64,000 nt of DNA from an uncultured bacterium (GCA_963701025.1 OY969557.1:570042-634041), one strand, 5' to 3'. Shown: positions 41,045 to 51,790, counted from the stretch's first letter. Notes: generated by a model from the sequence alone, not told the origin. Made by a program: numbers and translations.

Positions 41045-41575
41045 CTATTCCGCATTTGTGAATACTTCCTGAACCTCGTCGTTATTTTCCAATTCCTCGA
41101 CGATTTTGGACAAAGCTTCGACGTCAGCGTCCTCTAGCGGAATAGTCGAGGTCGGTGTCCATATGTTGTTCGTTTTGGCGAAAGCCCATGAAGCGCTACC
41201 TGGTGCCGCCAACTCGAAGCCGTTCGATGAGAGGATGTGTTTGATCTCCTGTGCGGCCTTGTTCCGGTTGTCGGTCAGCGCTTCTATAAGGAGGGCCACT
41301 CCGCCTGGACCGTATGTCTCGTAAATGATTGACTCCATGACCGCGCTATTGTCCGTAGCGCCTTTCTTGACCGCGCGATCAATAGTGTCGTTTGGCATAT
41401 TCTCCTTGCGTGCCTTTTCGATAGCGGCGGCAAGGCCTGGAGAGGACAGTACGCCTTTGGCTTTTTTCGCCTCGACAGTGATCAAGCGGACATATTTTCC
41501 GAAGGATTTGCTCTTCTCAGCGTCATTCTTGGCCTTGAGGTGCTTTATCTTTGAGAATTTGTTGTGGCCGGACAT
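41045..41575 (-). CDS. YebC/PmpR family protein (short form)
   Basis: MSGHNKFSKIKH, YETYGPGGVA, TDNRNK. Confidence 0.92.
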   Translation of the reverse strand: MSGHNKFSKIKHLKAKNDAEKSKSFGKYVRLITVEAKKAKGVLSSPGLAAAIEKARKENMPNDTIDRAVKKGATDNSAVMESIIYETYGPGGVALLIEALTDNRNKAAQEIKHILSSNGFELAAPGSASWAFAKTNNIWTPTSTIPLEDADVEALSKIVEELENNDEVQEVFTNAE

Positions 41576-41601
41576 GAGAGTAGTTTATAAGGAGGATTAA
41601 T

Positions 41602-41892
41602 ATGAGTTATTATACATGCATGAAGAAGATTTGCATCCATCCAAGGATAGTACAAGCTATGGGTTTATCTGGCGAAGAGCTCAAAGTCTTTGACATACTG
41701 TGCGGCCAACAGATGGCAAGAGAAAGCATTAAAATAGCTAGGATGGCTGGCGTGCCGAGGAGAACGGCCGTTAGAATCTTGCGAGACTTTGAGAAGAGGG
41801 GGTTGATTATTAAGAGGACTAATTTAAAGGGGACGAAAGATGCGTGGATGTATAAGAAAGGTTTAGATAGATTCGGGTATAGAGAGAACTAG
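41602..41892 (+). CDS. Small winged-HTH protein
   Basis: KIARMAGVPRRTAVRILRDFEKRGLI. Confidence 0.65.
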   Translation: MSYYTCMKKICIHPRIVQAMGLSGEELKVFDILCGQQMARESIKIARMAGVPRRTAVRILRDFEKRGLIIKRTNLKGTKDAWMYKKGLDRFGYREN

Positions 41893-42035
41893 GGATATCG
41901 ATACATATGCAAAAATGACACCTTACCTGACACTTTTGCCCCATTATATAGGCACCGAAGTGTCACCTAAAGTGTCGTTTTCTCTTATAAGACAGAAGAG
42001 AGTGTTGTAAGACAGATAGGTGGTTATGAAAGAGA

Positions 42036-43043
42036 TCAGAGCGGGACCGTACCCTTCTCTCCCAGATGCGCATAAGCCTTTTCCGTGGCTATCCTGCCGC
42101 GCGGCGTTCTCTCCAACAGCCCTAGTTGTATCAAATACGGCTCATAGACTTCTTCGACCGTTGCCTGCTCCTCGGACAATGCGGCTGCGATCGTATTTAA
42201 CCCCACAGGCCCTCCGCCGAATTTGCTTATAATGACCTTCAATATCTCACGATCAGCGGCAGTGAGGCCTATGACATCTACGCCGAGCATATTCAAAGCT
42301 TTTTCCACGGTCGCCTTATCCAGGTCAGTCTTGTTGATCTGGGCGTAATCGCGGCATCTTTTCAGGTGATAGTTCGCCGTGCGAGGGGTAAAGCGCGATC
42401 TGACGGCGATCTCTTTCACCGCGTCATCGTGGATGCGCATACCCAATATCTTGGCGGAGCGCTTGACGATATCGGCTATCTCTTTATCAGAATAAAACTC
42501 GAGCTTGAAGACTCCGCCGGAGAAGCGCGACCGCAATGGCGAAGAGAGCAAGGCGATCCTGGTCGTGGCGGCGATCAAGGTGAATGGCGGCAGGTCGAGC
42601 TGAATGGTCCTTGCCGATGGTCCTTTACCTATGATAATATCCAGGGTTCCCGACTCCATGGCTGGGTAGAGGACTTCCTCTATCGCCTTGTTCAGCCGGT
42701 GTATCTCGTCGATAAAGAGTATGTCTCCGGCGGAGAGATTGGTGAGTATGGACGCGAGATCACCGACTTTGAGAATGGCCGGCCCGGAAGTGACTTTCAT
42801 CTGCGCGCCGGTCTCTTTAGCGATGAGATGGGCGAGCGTCGTCTTGCCCAAACCGGGAGGCCCATAGAAAAGGATATGCTCTGGCGGGTGTTTGCGCTCT
42901 TTGGCGGCGGTGAGCAGAATATGGAGATTGTCTTTGATGTTCTTCTGGCCTATATAGTCGTCCCAGCGCGACGGGCGCAGAGTCTGGTCGAGGAAACCGA
43001 CCTCTTTCTCGTCTGGAGCGGTATGCGGGGGAGTTCTTGACAT
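42036..43043 (-). CDS. ruvB: Holliday junction helicase RuvB
   Basis: LRPSRWDDYIGQ, GPPGLGKTT, FIDEIHRL, RTPRGR. Confidence 0.97.
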   Translation of the reverse strand: MSRTPPHTAPDEKEVGFLDQTLRPSRWDDYIGQKNIKDNLHILLTAAKERKHPPEHILFYGPPGLGKTTLAHLIAKETGAQMKVTSGPAILKVGDLASILTNLSAGDILFIDEIHRLNKAIEEVLYPAMESGTLDIIIGKGPSARTIQLDLPPFTLIAATTRIALLSSPLRSRFSGGVFKLEFYSDKEIADIVKRSAKILGMRIHDDAVKEIAVRSRFTPRTANYHLKRCRDYAQINKTDLDKATVEKALNMLGVDVIGLTAADREILKVIISKFGGGPVGLNTIAAALSEEQATVEEVYEPYLIQLGLLERTPRGRIATEKAYAHLGEKGTVPL

Positions 43044-43110
43044 TTGGATAGTTATATGCTAGGATAGCGAGGAAATTGAAACAATGGAAATATGCAAATT
43101 TATGGCCGTA

Positions 43111-43276
43111 TTCGAGCCCATAAATCTCTAAGCAATGGCCTTCCCAGGTTTGGGCATAGTGCTAAGGACATGTTGGTTGCAAGGCTTCGGCCTTGCGTAC
43201 TGAAATTATCCTCGGGACTCTGCCTCGCTTTCGTCATCACGACGAGAGATATTGCTTAGGGATTTATAGGTTTGAA
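43111..43276 (+). ncRNA. Candidate structured non-coding RNA
   Basis: 26-bp closing stem with three G-U pairs plus internal hairpins, one with a cUUCGg loop; no ORF. Confidence 0.5.
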
Positions 43277-43355
43277 CCTCGCCTAGCGGCGCGAACCTGC
43301 CGGTTCGTCTGTTCGTATCCTAACGCTATGCACAGGGAAAAAGCAACAGATGATC

Positions 43356-43676
43356 TTACCCGAGTTTAGCGTCATGTCCGCGCAATCCTTCCTGAACGGA
43401 TCTTTGGACAGATGTCAGTTGTCCTTGCAACAGGAGCTTTTCTCGCTGAAGTTCGGTCAGCTTTGACTTTAATTTCGGAATATCCCTCTCGTCTTCATAG
43501 AGCTGGTGTTTATCCGTCTCTATATCCTTCTGGAGGCGCGGTATTTCTACTTTCATCTTGCCCGCATCGATCTCCATAGCCCTTATTTCCTCCTGCAATT
43601 TGAGCATCTCAGCCATTTCTTTCCGTATTTCTTCTTGAAGCTGCTGCACAGATTCAGTCGCGTTCATTTTTTGCAT
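43356..43676 (-). CDS. Coiled-coil hypothetical protein
   Basis: E/K/Q-rich heptad pattern. Confidence 0.6.
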   Translation of the reverse strand: MQKMNATESVQQLQEEIRKEMAEMLKLQEEIRAMEIDAGKMKVEIPRLQKDIETDKHQLYEDERDIPKLKSKLTELQREKLLLQGQLTSVQRSVQEGLRGHDAKLG

Positions 43677-43731
43677 ATTGATATGAAATTAATCTTCTAA
43701 TGCGCCGATCCTCAATCTTCCAGCGTTATCA

Positions 43732-45386
43732 CCCTCTCCAGTTCGTCATACGACGTCACGCCGGAGAGCACCTTGAGCACGCCATCCTGCTTCATGGTCA
43801 GTATGCCCTGGCCTTTGGCGGCGGTCCAGATCTCGCGGTCGCTGGAACTAGCCTGGACGGCCGCTCTCGATCTCGCGGGTCATCAATATGGCCTCGTATA
43901 TGCCTATGCGACCTTTATAGCCGGTGTGATTGCATTTGTCGCAACCGACGGCTGACCACATTTTTGTCCGGTCGGCTGGAACAGTGGAGACATCCTCGAT
44001 ACCAGCGACGGTTAACTCGATCTCCTTTTTGATATCGCCATCCACGACGGCTTCTTTTTTGCACACCGGACAGAGGCGTCTGACCAGGCGTTGGGCCATG
44101 GAGACGCGCAGGGCAGAGGGGATGATGGTCGGATTGGCGCCGAGGTCGATGAGCCTGGGGAATGTGCCGGCGGCGTCGTTGGTGTGGAGGGTCGAAAAGA
44201 CGAGGTGTCCGGTCAGGGCGGAATTGATGGCGATGTCGGCCGTCTCATTGTCGCGAATCTCACCGATCATGATGATGTCCGGATCCTGTCGGACGGCGGC
44301 GCGCAAGCCTTCGACGAAATTATATCCTTTGTCGTTGACCTGGGTCTGGACGATGCCTGGAAGGTGATATTCAATCGGGTCCTCGATAGTGATGATCTTG
44401 ACCTCCGGATTGGAGACTTTTTTCAGGAATGAATACAATGTCGTGGTCTTGCCGGAGCCGGTCGGTCCGGTGGTGAGGAGCATGCCGTCAGGCCGGTTGA
44501 TCTCCTCGAGCAGGATCTTCAGGAGCCTTGGGTTGATGCCGAGCTCTTCCAGAGGCACGTTGATGGACTTCGGGTTGAGCAAGCGCATGACCACGGATTC
44601 GTTGTAGGCGCCTGGCAAGATGGAGGCGCGGACTTCGATGTCGCCGATGGGCAGGCGGATGCTGAAGCGTCCGTCCTGGGAATCTTTCTTTATATTGAGC
44701 TTCATGCCGGCGATGAGCTTGATCCGGGAAAGAAGCAGGGCATAGGTATCATTGTCGAAGCGTATGACCTCTTGGAGCACGCCGTCTAGGCGATAGCGCA
44801 GGAGGACGTATCCTTCCTCCGGTTCCAGATGGATATCGGAGGCCTCCACCGCCAGGGCTCCGGCCACGACGGTTTCCAATATGCGTGAGACGCGATAGCT
44901 CTTTTTCGCGGCAAGGGTATTCTGCAGTATCGAGATGATGGTGGGCAGGCTCTTGGCTTGTTCGATGATGGCTTCTATCTCTTCGCTGGATATCTCGAGC
45001 GAACCGGCACGGCTTTCCGAAGCGAACGAGAGGTCCTTGTACATTTTCCACGCCTTTTCCAGGCCTTGGGTCGAGGTGATGTAGAGTTCCGGCTCATAGC
45101 CCTTGGTCTTGAGGTCTCCCAGAAGGGCCTGGGTCTTTTCATCCTCCGGATTACGCGCGGCAACTTTCACCTTTTTGTTTATGATGGCGAAAGCGACCGC
45201 TTGCGCGGCGCGGGCCGGCTCTTCGCCGATGAGGCGCAAGGCGTCAGTGTTGACCGGCGTGCCCATGAGATTGACGTATTCAAGATTGTATTTACCGGAG
45301 AGCATTTGCACCAGGTCTTCTTCTTCTTTGTGCAAGAGCTCGTTCAGCCGACGCTTTTGCTTGTCTTCGTCGAATTGGATGGTCAT
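43732..45386 (-). CDS. pilB: GspE/PilB family ATPase (frameshift near 43860)
   Basis: ASDIHLEP, GPTGSGKTT, DPDIIMIGEIRD, GHLVFSTLHTN, CxxC; C-terminal QDGVLKVLSGVTSYDEL is in another frame. Confidence 0.9.
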
Positions 45387-45538
45387 ATTTCCGTTAAGTA
45401 TAGCAGAAATGGCTTTCCAACCGAGGTCTTTCAATGGTGCTTGACTTTAATTCTATTTGTGATATAATGCCACCAAAGCTCGCATCAGTCTCATGATGCG
45501 CCCCGGGATGAACTTGGGGGTTTGAAGAAAGTTTGAAA

Positions 45539-46192
45539 ATGAAAAGAATCAAAATGTCGGTTTGCCTGGTTGCGTTGGCAGCAGTCTGTTCCGGATGTGT
45601 TACGGGCAAAAGTCATACCGCGACCCTGAATGACAGGATCAGGCCTGACGGGACCGTTTATCACCACGACACCGATTGGACCATCTCAAGCCCCCTCAAT
45701 CTTCCGGTTGAGGTTGTGGAGACTACCATCCACGTCGTCAAACAGGTGGGTGATGATGTTGTCGGTGTTTCTTGCGGAGTCGGGGAGGCCGTACTGGTCT
45801 CCGCGGTGAGTCCGCCCCAATTCTACGTGTACGACGGGTACGAGAACATCGGGTGGATCAATAACCAGATGGTTTACTCATCCGACCTTGTTACATGGAA
45901 TCCGGCGCCACCGATGGTCGTCAACCGATTCTATCTGTACTCACAGGGTACCCCAAATTGGTTCAATGAGCGTCGCTTGAATGAGCATTACAATTCGGGG
46001 GGCAACTGGAATAACGGCGGCGACCACCCGTCAAGAGGCGATTACGATCGTCAACATGGATATCCTCATTTGCCGCCGGTAGGCTTCCATAACAGAGACG
46101 GCCAGCCGGTGTTCAATCCCCCTCACCCCCATGGTAACGGAGGTGGACAGGGCAACGGCCAGAATCACGGTGGCGGTAACAGCCATCACTAA
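45539..46192 (+). CDS. Putative lipoprotein with Gly/His/Asn-rich tail
   Basis: Signal with lipobox-like CSGC; own sigma70-like promoter near 45441-45468. Confidence 0.7.
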   Translation: MKRIKMSVCLVALAAVCSGCVTGKSHTATLNDRIRPDGTVYHHDTDWTISSPLNLPVEVVETTIHVVKQVGDDVVGVSCGVGEAVLVSAVSPPQFYVYDGYENIGWINNQMVYSSDLVTWNPAPPMVVNRFYLYSQGTPNWFNERRLNEHYNSGGNWNNGGDHPSRGDYDRQHGYPHLPPVGFHNRDGQPVFNPPHPHGNGGGQGNGQNHGGGNSHH

Positions 46193-46294
46193 TGTTCCCA
46201 AATGTCGTGTATTGCACAGTGCCGGTCTACTCTCGAAGAGTGACCGGCATTTTTGTTTCTTGCTTCCGGGCTTTTAATTCATTACCATGGACTG

Positions 46295-46780
46295 ATGAAA
46301 GAATTCGTCTCTCATTCGATCGCGGAAACCGAAGCCATGGCCCGGCAATGGCTCGTTGATATTTCAAAGGAATATGATGGTACCGACGAAGCTCTCATTG
46401 TCGGCCTGTCAGGGCATCTCGGGGCGGGGAAGACGGCTTTCGTCAAGGCGGTCGGCAAGGCTTTAGGTGTGAAGGATGACATAACGAGTCCGACGTTCGT
46501 GCTCATGAAAACATACGGATTCGGGTCAAATGGTGGAAATGAACCGAGTTCGCAAGACGGCGTCAAATTTCCCTGGAACTGGAAACGGCTTGTGCACATA
46601 GACGCATACCGATTGGAACAGGCTGAAGAACTGGAGGCTCTCGGCTGGGAAGATCTCGTTGCCGACCGCAACAACCTCATCATGGTCGAATGGCCGGAGA
46701 ACGCGGGGTTAAAAGATCTGCCGCTTTGTTATATACTATCCCGTACTGACCCGCATCATTTATCATTTAAAACAAAATAA
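46295..46780 (+). CDS. tsaE: tRNA threonylcarbamoyladenosine biosynthesis ATPase
   Basis: GHLGAGKT, SPTFVLM, HIDAYRL, VEWPE. Confidence 0.92.
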   Translation: MKEFVSHSIAETEAMARQWLVDISKEYDGTDEALIVGLSGHLGAGKTAFVKAVGKALGVKDDITSPTFVLMKTYGFGSNGGNEPSSQDGVKFPWNWKRLVHIDAYRLEQAEELEALGWEDLVADRNNLIMVEWPENAGLKDLPLCYILSRTDPHHLSFKTK

Positions 46781-46781
46781 C

Positions 46782-47111
46782 ATGGATCCAATCCAAAATA
46801 GCCCGAACGCCCAAAAGAATATCCCGATGGCAGTCCTGTGCTACATCGGCCCTCTGGTCATCGTCTCATACATCGCCGCCAAGTCCGACTCATTCGTCAA
46901 ATATCACATAAAGCAGGGCGCCATCGTCTTTGCCGTCGAGGTGGCTCTCTGGATCCTCGGCGCTCTCTGGTGGCCTCTCTGGCCCCTGTGGAATCTCGTC
47001 AGCTTGGGTACGCTCGTCCTGTCCATCATCGGCATCATCCACGCCGCCAAAGGCGAGGAGAAGCCTCTGCCGTTCGTCGGTCACTGGTCCAAGAATGTGC
47101 CGGTGTCATAG
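46782..47111 (+). CDS. DUF4870-like membrane protein
   Basis: FVKYHIKQG, IIHAAKGEEKPLPFVG. Confidence 0.8.
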   Translation: MDPIQNSPNAQKNIPMAVLCYIGPLVIVSYIAAKSDSFVKYHIKQGAIVFAVEVALWILGALWWPLWPLWNLVSLGTLVLSIIGIIHAAKGEEKPLPFVGHWSKNVPVS

Positions 47112-47114
47112 ATA

Positions 47115-47984
47115 TTAATTCTTCAGACAAAGACCTATGTTTCCACTACCTCCAGGAAAAGCGACTGCCGTTGCTATGATTTGAGCCGAGTAGCCTGTTG
47201 GACAAAACCCAATTCCTGTAGCATTACCCCATGTAGCACTAGTTCCTCCACTGGACCATCCCCCTCCTACTGAACCGCTAGAAAGAGCGGAAGAACTTCC
47301 ACCAGTGCAAAGCGGCCAAGTGGAACCGGTGAAATTAAGTGTCCCGGTATTGGTACTGGCATTCACTACATAGTAATAACCTGATGGAACAACAAATGAT
47401 ATAGCGAACCCACTGCCACCACTAGACATGAGACCGCCGTTGTTAGTTACGAGAGAGTAGCCGGAGCCGTTTTGCGAGATCGATCCCGTTATAGACATAA
47501 TGGCCCCGCTAACTGCATTTGAAACAGACTCGTATGCAGTAACCACGATATTTGAAGAAGAAGTATTTTGATAAACAGAATTGTTATTGACACTTGTTAG
47601 AGCTACACTGCACGATCCCCCCCATCCCCCTCCTCCAGCCACCCTCCACCCCACCGTTCCGTTGGAATCGATCGCTGTGAGGACTTTTCCTGATATACCA
47701 CCGGTACCTACAGTTGTATTCGTGGTAGTCGTGCCTTCGCCGGTAAGCACCTGCAAATTATTCACCACCAAATTGCTCAACCCGAGCAACCCTGTCTTGA
47801 TCTGCGGATACGTAAGCGGATCTCCTCCTCCACCGACATTGATCGGCGCCGCAACGTTATTGCCTGGGGGAGTAGCCGTGGGAGCGGTCCAGGTACCGCT
47901 CGATTGGGCCAGCGCTGACAGAGCCAAGGCTCCGATCAGGGCTCCTGCTAATATACCGGTCTTGGCGAGGAATGAGGTCTTCAT
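47115..47984 (-). CDS. Secreted Gly/Ser-rich hypothetical protein
   Basis: Signal peptide; WTAPTATPPGNNVAAPINVG motif. Confidence 0.7.
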   Translation of the reverse strand: MKTSFLAKTGILAGALIGALALSALAQSSGTWTAPTATPPGNNVAAPINVGGGGDPLTYPQIKTGLLGLSNLVVNNLQVLTGEGTTTTNTTVGTGGISGKVLTAIDSNGTVGWRVAGGGGWGGSCSVALTSVNNNSVYQNTSSSNIVVTAYESVSNAVSGAIMSITGSISQNGSGYSLVTNNGGLMSSGGSGFAISFVVPSGYYYVVNASTNTGTLNFTGSTWPLCTGGSSSALSSGSVGGGWSSGGTSATWGNATGIGFCPTGYSAQIIATAVAFPGGSGNIGLCLKN

Positions 47985-48020
47985 GTGATGTTATGACTGT
48001 TATTAATATGAATAATGACG

Positions 48021-48353
48021 TTAGTGCTTCAATGCATTGGCCACGGCCTGCTTCTCTGCCTCCGTCGGAGCCGCAGGGGAAGCCGAGAGCTGTGACGCCA
48101 CGCTCTCGATCTCCTGCGCTGACGGCTTGACCGACGAGCTGCGCAGGATGGCGGCGACTTGGGCGCGCAGATCCGTCGGCGACAGCGACTGTTGATTCGT
48201 CGCTGATCCGCTCCACCACCACAGGGCGCCGATGATAACGGCGATTGCGACGACGATCAGGAGCAAGTTGAGCAGGCGGTGATGCTCTTCTCGCGTCATC
48301 GACGATTGCGGCAGAGGACTTGAACCGAGTGAGTATGCTTCCATTACTCTCAT
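48021..48353 (-). CDS. Small membrane protein
   Basis: Single TM helix. Confidence 0.6.
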   Translation of the reverse strand: MRVMEAYSLGSSPLPQSSMTREEHHRLLNLLLIVVAIAVIIGALWWWSGSATNQQSLSPTDLRAQVAAILRSSSVKPSAQEIESVASQLSASPAAPTEAEKQAVANALKH

Positions 48354-48406
48354 TCTAACATAGATGTATGGAAGGCAAGGCGGGATAGATAGGGTACAAT
48401 GTTCAT

Positions 48407-50863
48407 ATGTCAGAGAAACGCCTTATCCTGCTTGACGCCCACGCTATTCTTCACCGGGCATATCACGCATTGCCCGACTTTTCCACATCGAAAGGCGAAC
48501 CGACCGGCGCCCTCTACGGTCTGTCGTCCATGCTGATCAAGATCATCGAAGACCTGAAGCCCGACTATATCGCCGCTTGCTACGACGTCAAAGGGCCGAC
48601 ATATCGCCACGAGGCATACAAAGAGTACAAGTCACAGCGCAAAAAGACCGATGATGACCTTATCACCCAGATCAACCGCTCGAGGGATATCTTCGTCGCG
48701 CTCGATATACCTATCTATGATAAGCAAGGGTTTGAGGCGGATGACATCCTCGGTACCATAGTCGAACAATTAAAAAAAAATGAGGGAATCGAGATCATCA
48801 TTGCTTCTGGAGACATGGACACGATGCAACTCATCTCGGGCGAGCGCGTCAAAGTCTACACTCTGAAGAAAGGCATCAAAGATACGATCATGTACGATGA
48901 AAAAGCCGTGAACGAGCGCTTCGGCTTCGGGCCGGAGCTCATTCCCGACTACAAGGGCCTGCGCGGCGACCCGTCGGATAATATTCCCGGCATACAAGGC
49001 ATCGGCGAGAAGACAGCGACGTCCCTCATAACCGGATTCGGCACGATTGAGGATATGTACAAGGAATTAGAAAAAGTCCCGCTCTCTGTCGGCGAAGCCA
49101 AATTCGCCAAGGCAGGCATAAGCCCCCGGATAATACAGCTGTTAAAGGATAATAAAGAAGAAGCTGAATTCAGCAAAATGCTCGCCACTATCCGTCGGGA
49201 CGCGCCCATAGCTTTCACTATGCCGGACAAGACGTTCAAAGAAGCATTGGACATGAAAAAAGTCAGCGCCCTGTGGAATGAGCTCGAATTCCGGACGCTG
49301 ACGCAGCGTCTGGAGAATGCGGTGAGCGGCAAGAACAAGAAGCCGACCATGAAAGGGGAAATGAAAGCGGAAGTCGAAAGACCTGGGCAGATGTCGTTCG
49401 CCGCGAGCATACCGAAAGCCGAATTCGAAAAAACGGCGGTGGCTTTATGGCTGGTCAACTCCACCATAACGGATCCGAAGATCGAAGACATATTGAATTT
49501 CGCCTCCGCCGGTGGACATCCGCCAGTTGGCGGAGAAGATTTCACTGAGGCGAGCACGAAGATATTCGCCGAACTTGATGCAAAAGGATTGCGAAAAGTC
49601 TACGAAGGGATCGAATTGCCCCTCATTCCCGTCATCCGTCGCATGGAAGAGCGCGGCATCAAGGTCGACCGGGCTCTTCTCAAGGATCTTTCCAAGAGAT
49701 ATGGCGCCGAATTGGCCAGTTTGGAGAAGAGGATATGGAAAGAAGCCGGAATGGAATTCAACATCGCTTCGCCGAAGCAATTGGGCGACGTGCTCTTCGA
49801 CAAGCTCGGCCTCAAAGTGAAGAACGCCAAGAAGACCGGCGGCGGAGCGCGCTCGACCAAGGAATCAGAGCTGGAAAAGATGCGCGACATGCACCCGATC
49901 GTGCCGCTTCTCTTTGAATACCGCGAATTGTCCAAACTTCTTGGCACCTATATAGATGCTATACCGCCATTGCTCGACAGCAACGACCGATTACATACGC
50001 ATTTCATCCAGTCCGGCTCGAGCACCGGACGCATGGCTTCGGAAGACCCGAATATTCAGAACATCCCGATCAAATCCGACCTCGGCAAAAAGATCCGCGA
50101 CGCTTTCGTGGCCGAAAAAGGATTCAAACTGGCGGCTTTCGACTATTCCCAGATAGAATTGCGCATCGCGGCATTTCTCTCTGGAGACCCGAAGCTCATA
50201 GACATCTTCAAGAGAGGAGACGACGTGCACACATCGGTTGCGGCATCCGTTTTCAAAGTGCCGCCCGCGGAAGTGACGCCGGAGATGCGCCGCCGTGCCA
50301 AGGTTATCAACTTCGGCATCATATACGGCATGGGCGTCTTGGCCCTGAAGCAAAATCTGGGTACCAGCAGGGAAGAAGCGCAGAATTTTCTCAATGATTA
50401 TTTCGCCACATTCTCCGTCTTGGCCGCCTATCTCGACCGGATCAAAGCCGAGACGGCACGCAAGGGTTATACGGAGACCTTCTTCGGCCGCCGGCGGCAT
50501 TTCGAAGGCATCAGATCAAAAATACCCTATATCCGCGCTTCAGCCGAGCGCATGGCGGTGAACGCGCCCATACAGGGCACCGAAGCCGACATCATCAAGC
50601 TGGCCATGATCCGCGTGGATGAATATATACGCAAGGAAAAGCTCGAGAATGATGTTTTTCCATTACTGCAGGTGCATGACGAGCTCGTCTATGAGATCAG
50701 GGAAAATTCGGCCAAGGAAAAAGTCGGTGAGAAAAAATCAGTCGAAGAGATCACGGCCGATATAGAAAAAATCATGGAATCAATCATTGATACGAAAGAT
50801 ACCAAAGGTATTACGTTGGCCGCGCACGCGTCCATAGGCGATAATTGGGGGCAGTTGAAGTAA
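48407..50863 (+). CDS. polA: DNA polymerase I
   Basis: 5'-3' exonuclease (EADD, GDPSDNIPG) and polymerase motifs DYSQIELR, AKVINFGIIYG, QVHDEL. Confidence 0.97.
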   Translation: MSEKRLILLDAHAILHRAYHALPDFSTSKGEPTGALYGLSSMLIKIIEDLKPDYIAACYDVKGPTYRHEAYKEYKSQRKKTDDDLITQINRSRDIFVALDIPIYDKQGFEADDILGTIVEQLKKNEGIEIIIASGDMDTMQLISGERVKVYTLKKGIKDTIMYDEKAVNERFGFGPELIPDYKGLRGDPSDNIPGIQGIGEKTATSLITGFGTIEDMYKELEKVPLSVGEAKFAKAGISPRIIQLLKDNKEEAEFSKMLATIRRDAPIAFTMPDKTFKEALDMKKVSALWNELEFRTLTQRLENAVSGKNKKPTMKGEMKAEVERPGQMSFAASIPKAEFEKTAVALWLVNSTITDPKIEDILNFASAGGHPPVGGEDFTEASTKIFAELDAKGLRKVYEGIELPLIPVIRRMEERGIKVDRALLKDLSKRYGAELASLEKRIWKEAGMEFNIASPKQLGDVLFDKLGLKVKNAKKTGGGARSTKESELEKMRDMHPIVPLLFEYRELSKLLGTYIDAIPPLLDSNDRLHTHFIQSGSSTGRMASEDPNIQNIPIKSDLGKKIRDAFVAEKGFKLAAFDYSQIELRIAAFLSGDPKLIDIFKRGDDVHTSVAASVFKVPPAEVTPEMRRRAKVINFGIIYGMGVLALKQNLGTSREEAQNFLNDYFATFSVLAAYLDRIKAETARKGYTETFFGRRRHFEGIRSKIPYIRASAERMAVNAPIQGTEADIIKLAMIRVDEYIRKEKLENDVFPLLQVHDELVYEIRENSAKEKVGEKKSVEEITADIEKIMESIIDTKDTKGITLAAHASIGDNWGQLK

Positions 50864-50947
50864 TGCCGGTATGAAGGAGGGGCTGACCTTTGAAAATCGA
50901 GGCACTTTAGTTGACTAAAGTGGACTGATTCGAGATATACTTACCGT

Positions 50948-51583
50948 ATGCTCTACGTTTTTCACGGTTCAGACATAGCCAGATCAGCCGAAAAAGCTCG
51001 CGCTCTGATCAATTCCTTACGAGCCAAACGGCCCGATGCCGCATTCGTGGAGATCATCGCCGACCAGTGGAACCCATCGGCCATAGAGGGCCACCTCGGC
51101 GGACAAGGGCTCTTTTCCAGCAAGTACGTCGTCTACCTGAATCGCGTGACGGAAAATACCGAGGCGAAAGAAACATTACCAGATCTTATTTCGGCGATGA
51201 ATGAGTCGGCCAACATATTCATACTCCTTGAGGGCAAACTTAATGCTGAATTGAAGAGAGCCGTCGAAAAAGACGCGGAGAAGGTTGTGCTTACGGATGT
51301 GACGGAAAAAGTCGCGCCGAAAGAAGAATTCAACATCTTTGCTCTTGGCGACGCCCTGGAAAAGAGAGACGGTTTCAAGTCCTGGAAGCTCTATCGTAGC
51401 GCCATCGACGACGGCATAGCTCCCGAAAACATCGTAGGCACCCTCTTCTGGCAGGTCAAGAGGAATTATTCCAAGGAGAAGTCAAGCGCGCTCTTGAAAG
51501 AGCTAGTCGCCCTGTATCATGACGGGCATCGCGGGCTCGTCGATCTCGAGCTTGGAATCGAGCGTATCCTCGTGCTACTCTGA
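50948..51583 (+). CDS. Putative DNA polymerase III delta subunit-like protein
   Basis: MLYVFHG, GLFSSK, FNIFALGDAL, GTLFWQ; short divergent form. Confidence 0.6.
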   Translation: MLYVFHGSDIARSAEKARALINSLRAKRPDAAFVEIIADQWNPSAIEGHLGGQGLFSSKYVVYLNRVTENTEAKETLPDLISAMNESANIFILLEGKLNAELKRAVEKDAEKVVLTDVTEKVAPKEEFNIFALGDALEKRDGFKSWKLYRSAIDDGIAPENIVGTLFWQVKRNYSKEKSSALLKELVALYHDGHRGLVDLELGIERILVLL

Positions 51584-51696
51584 TTTGTGCGAGCTCGTTC
51601 TTTGCTTCTCGCTTGCGCCCATGTCTTCGCTACGCTCGATATAGGCGCTGCGTTCGCTCGAATAGCGAATGCAAGCATTCGCAATCGAGCTCACTT

Positions 51697-51769
51697 GCGC
51701 CCATAGCTCAGCTGGTAGAGCAACTCCCTTTTAAGGAGTGGGTCGTTGGTTCGACTCCAACTGGGCGCA
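51697..51769 (+). tRNA. tRNA-Lys(TTT)
   Basis: GCGCCCA..TGGGCGCA; anticodon loop CTTTTAA. Confidence 0.95.
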
Positions 51770-51790
51770 CACCATTGGATTTTTAATTTC

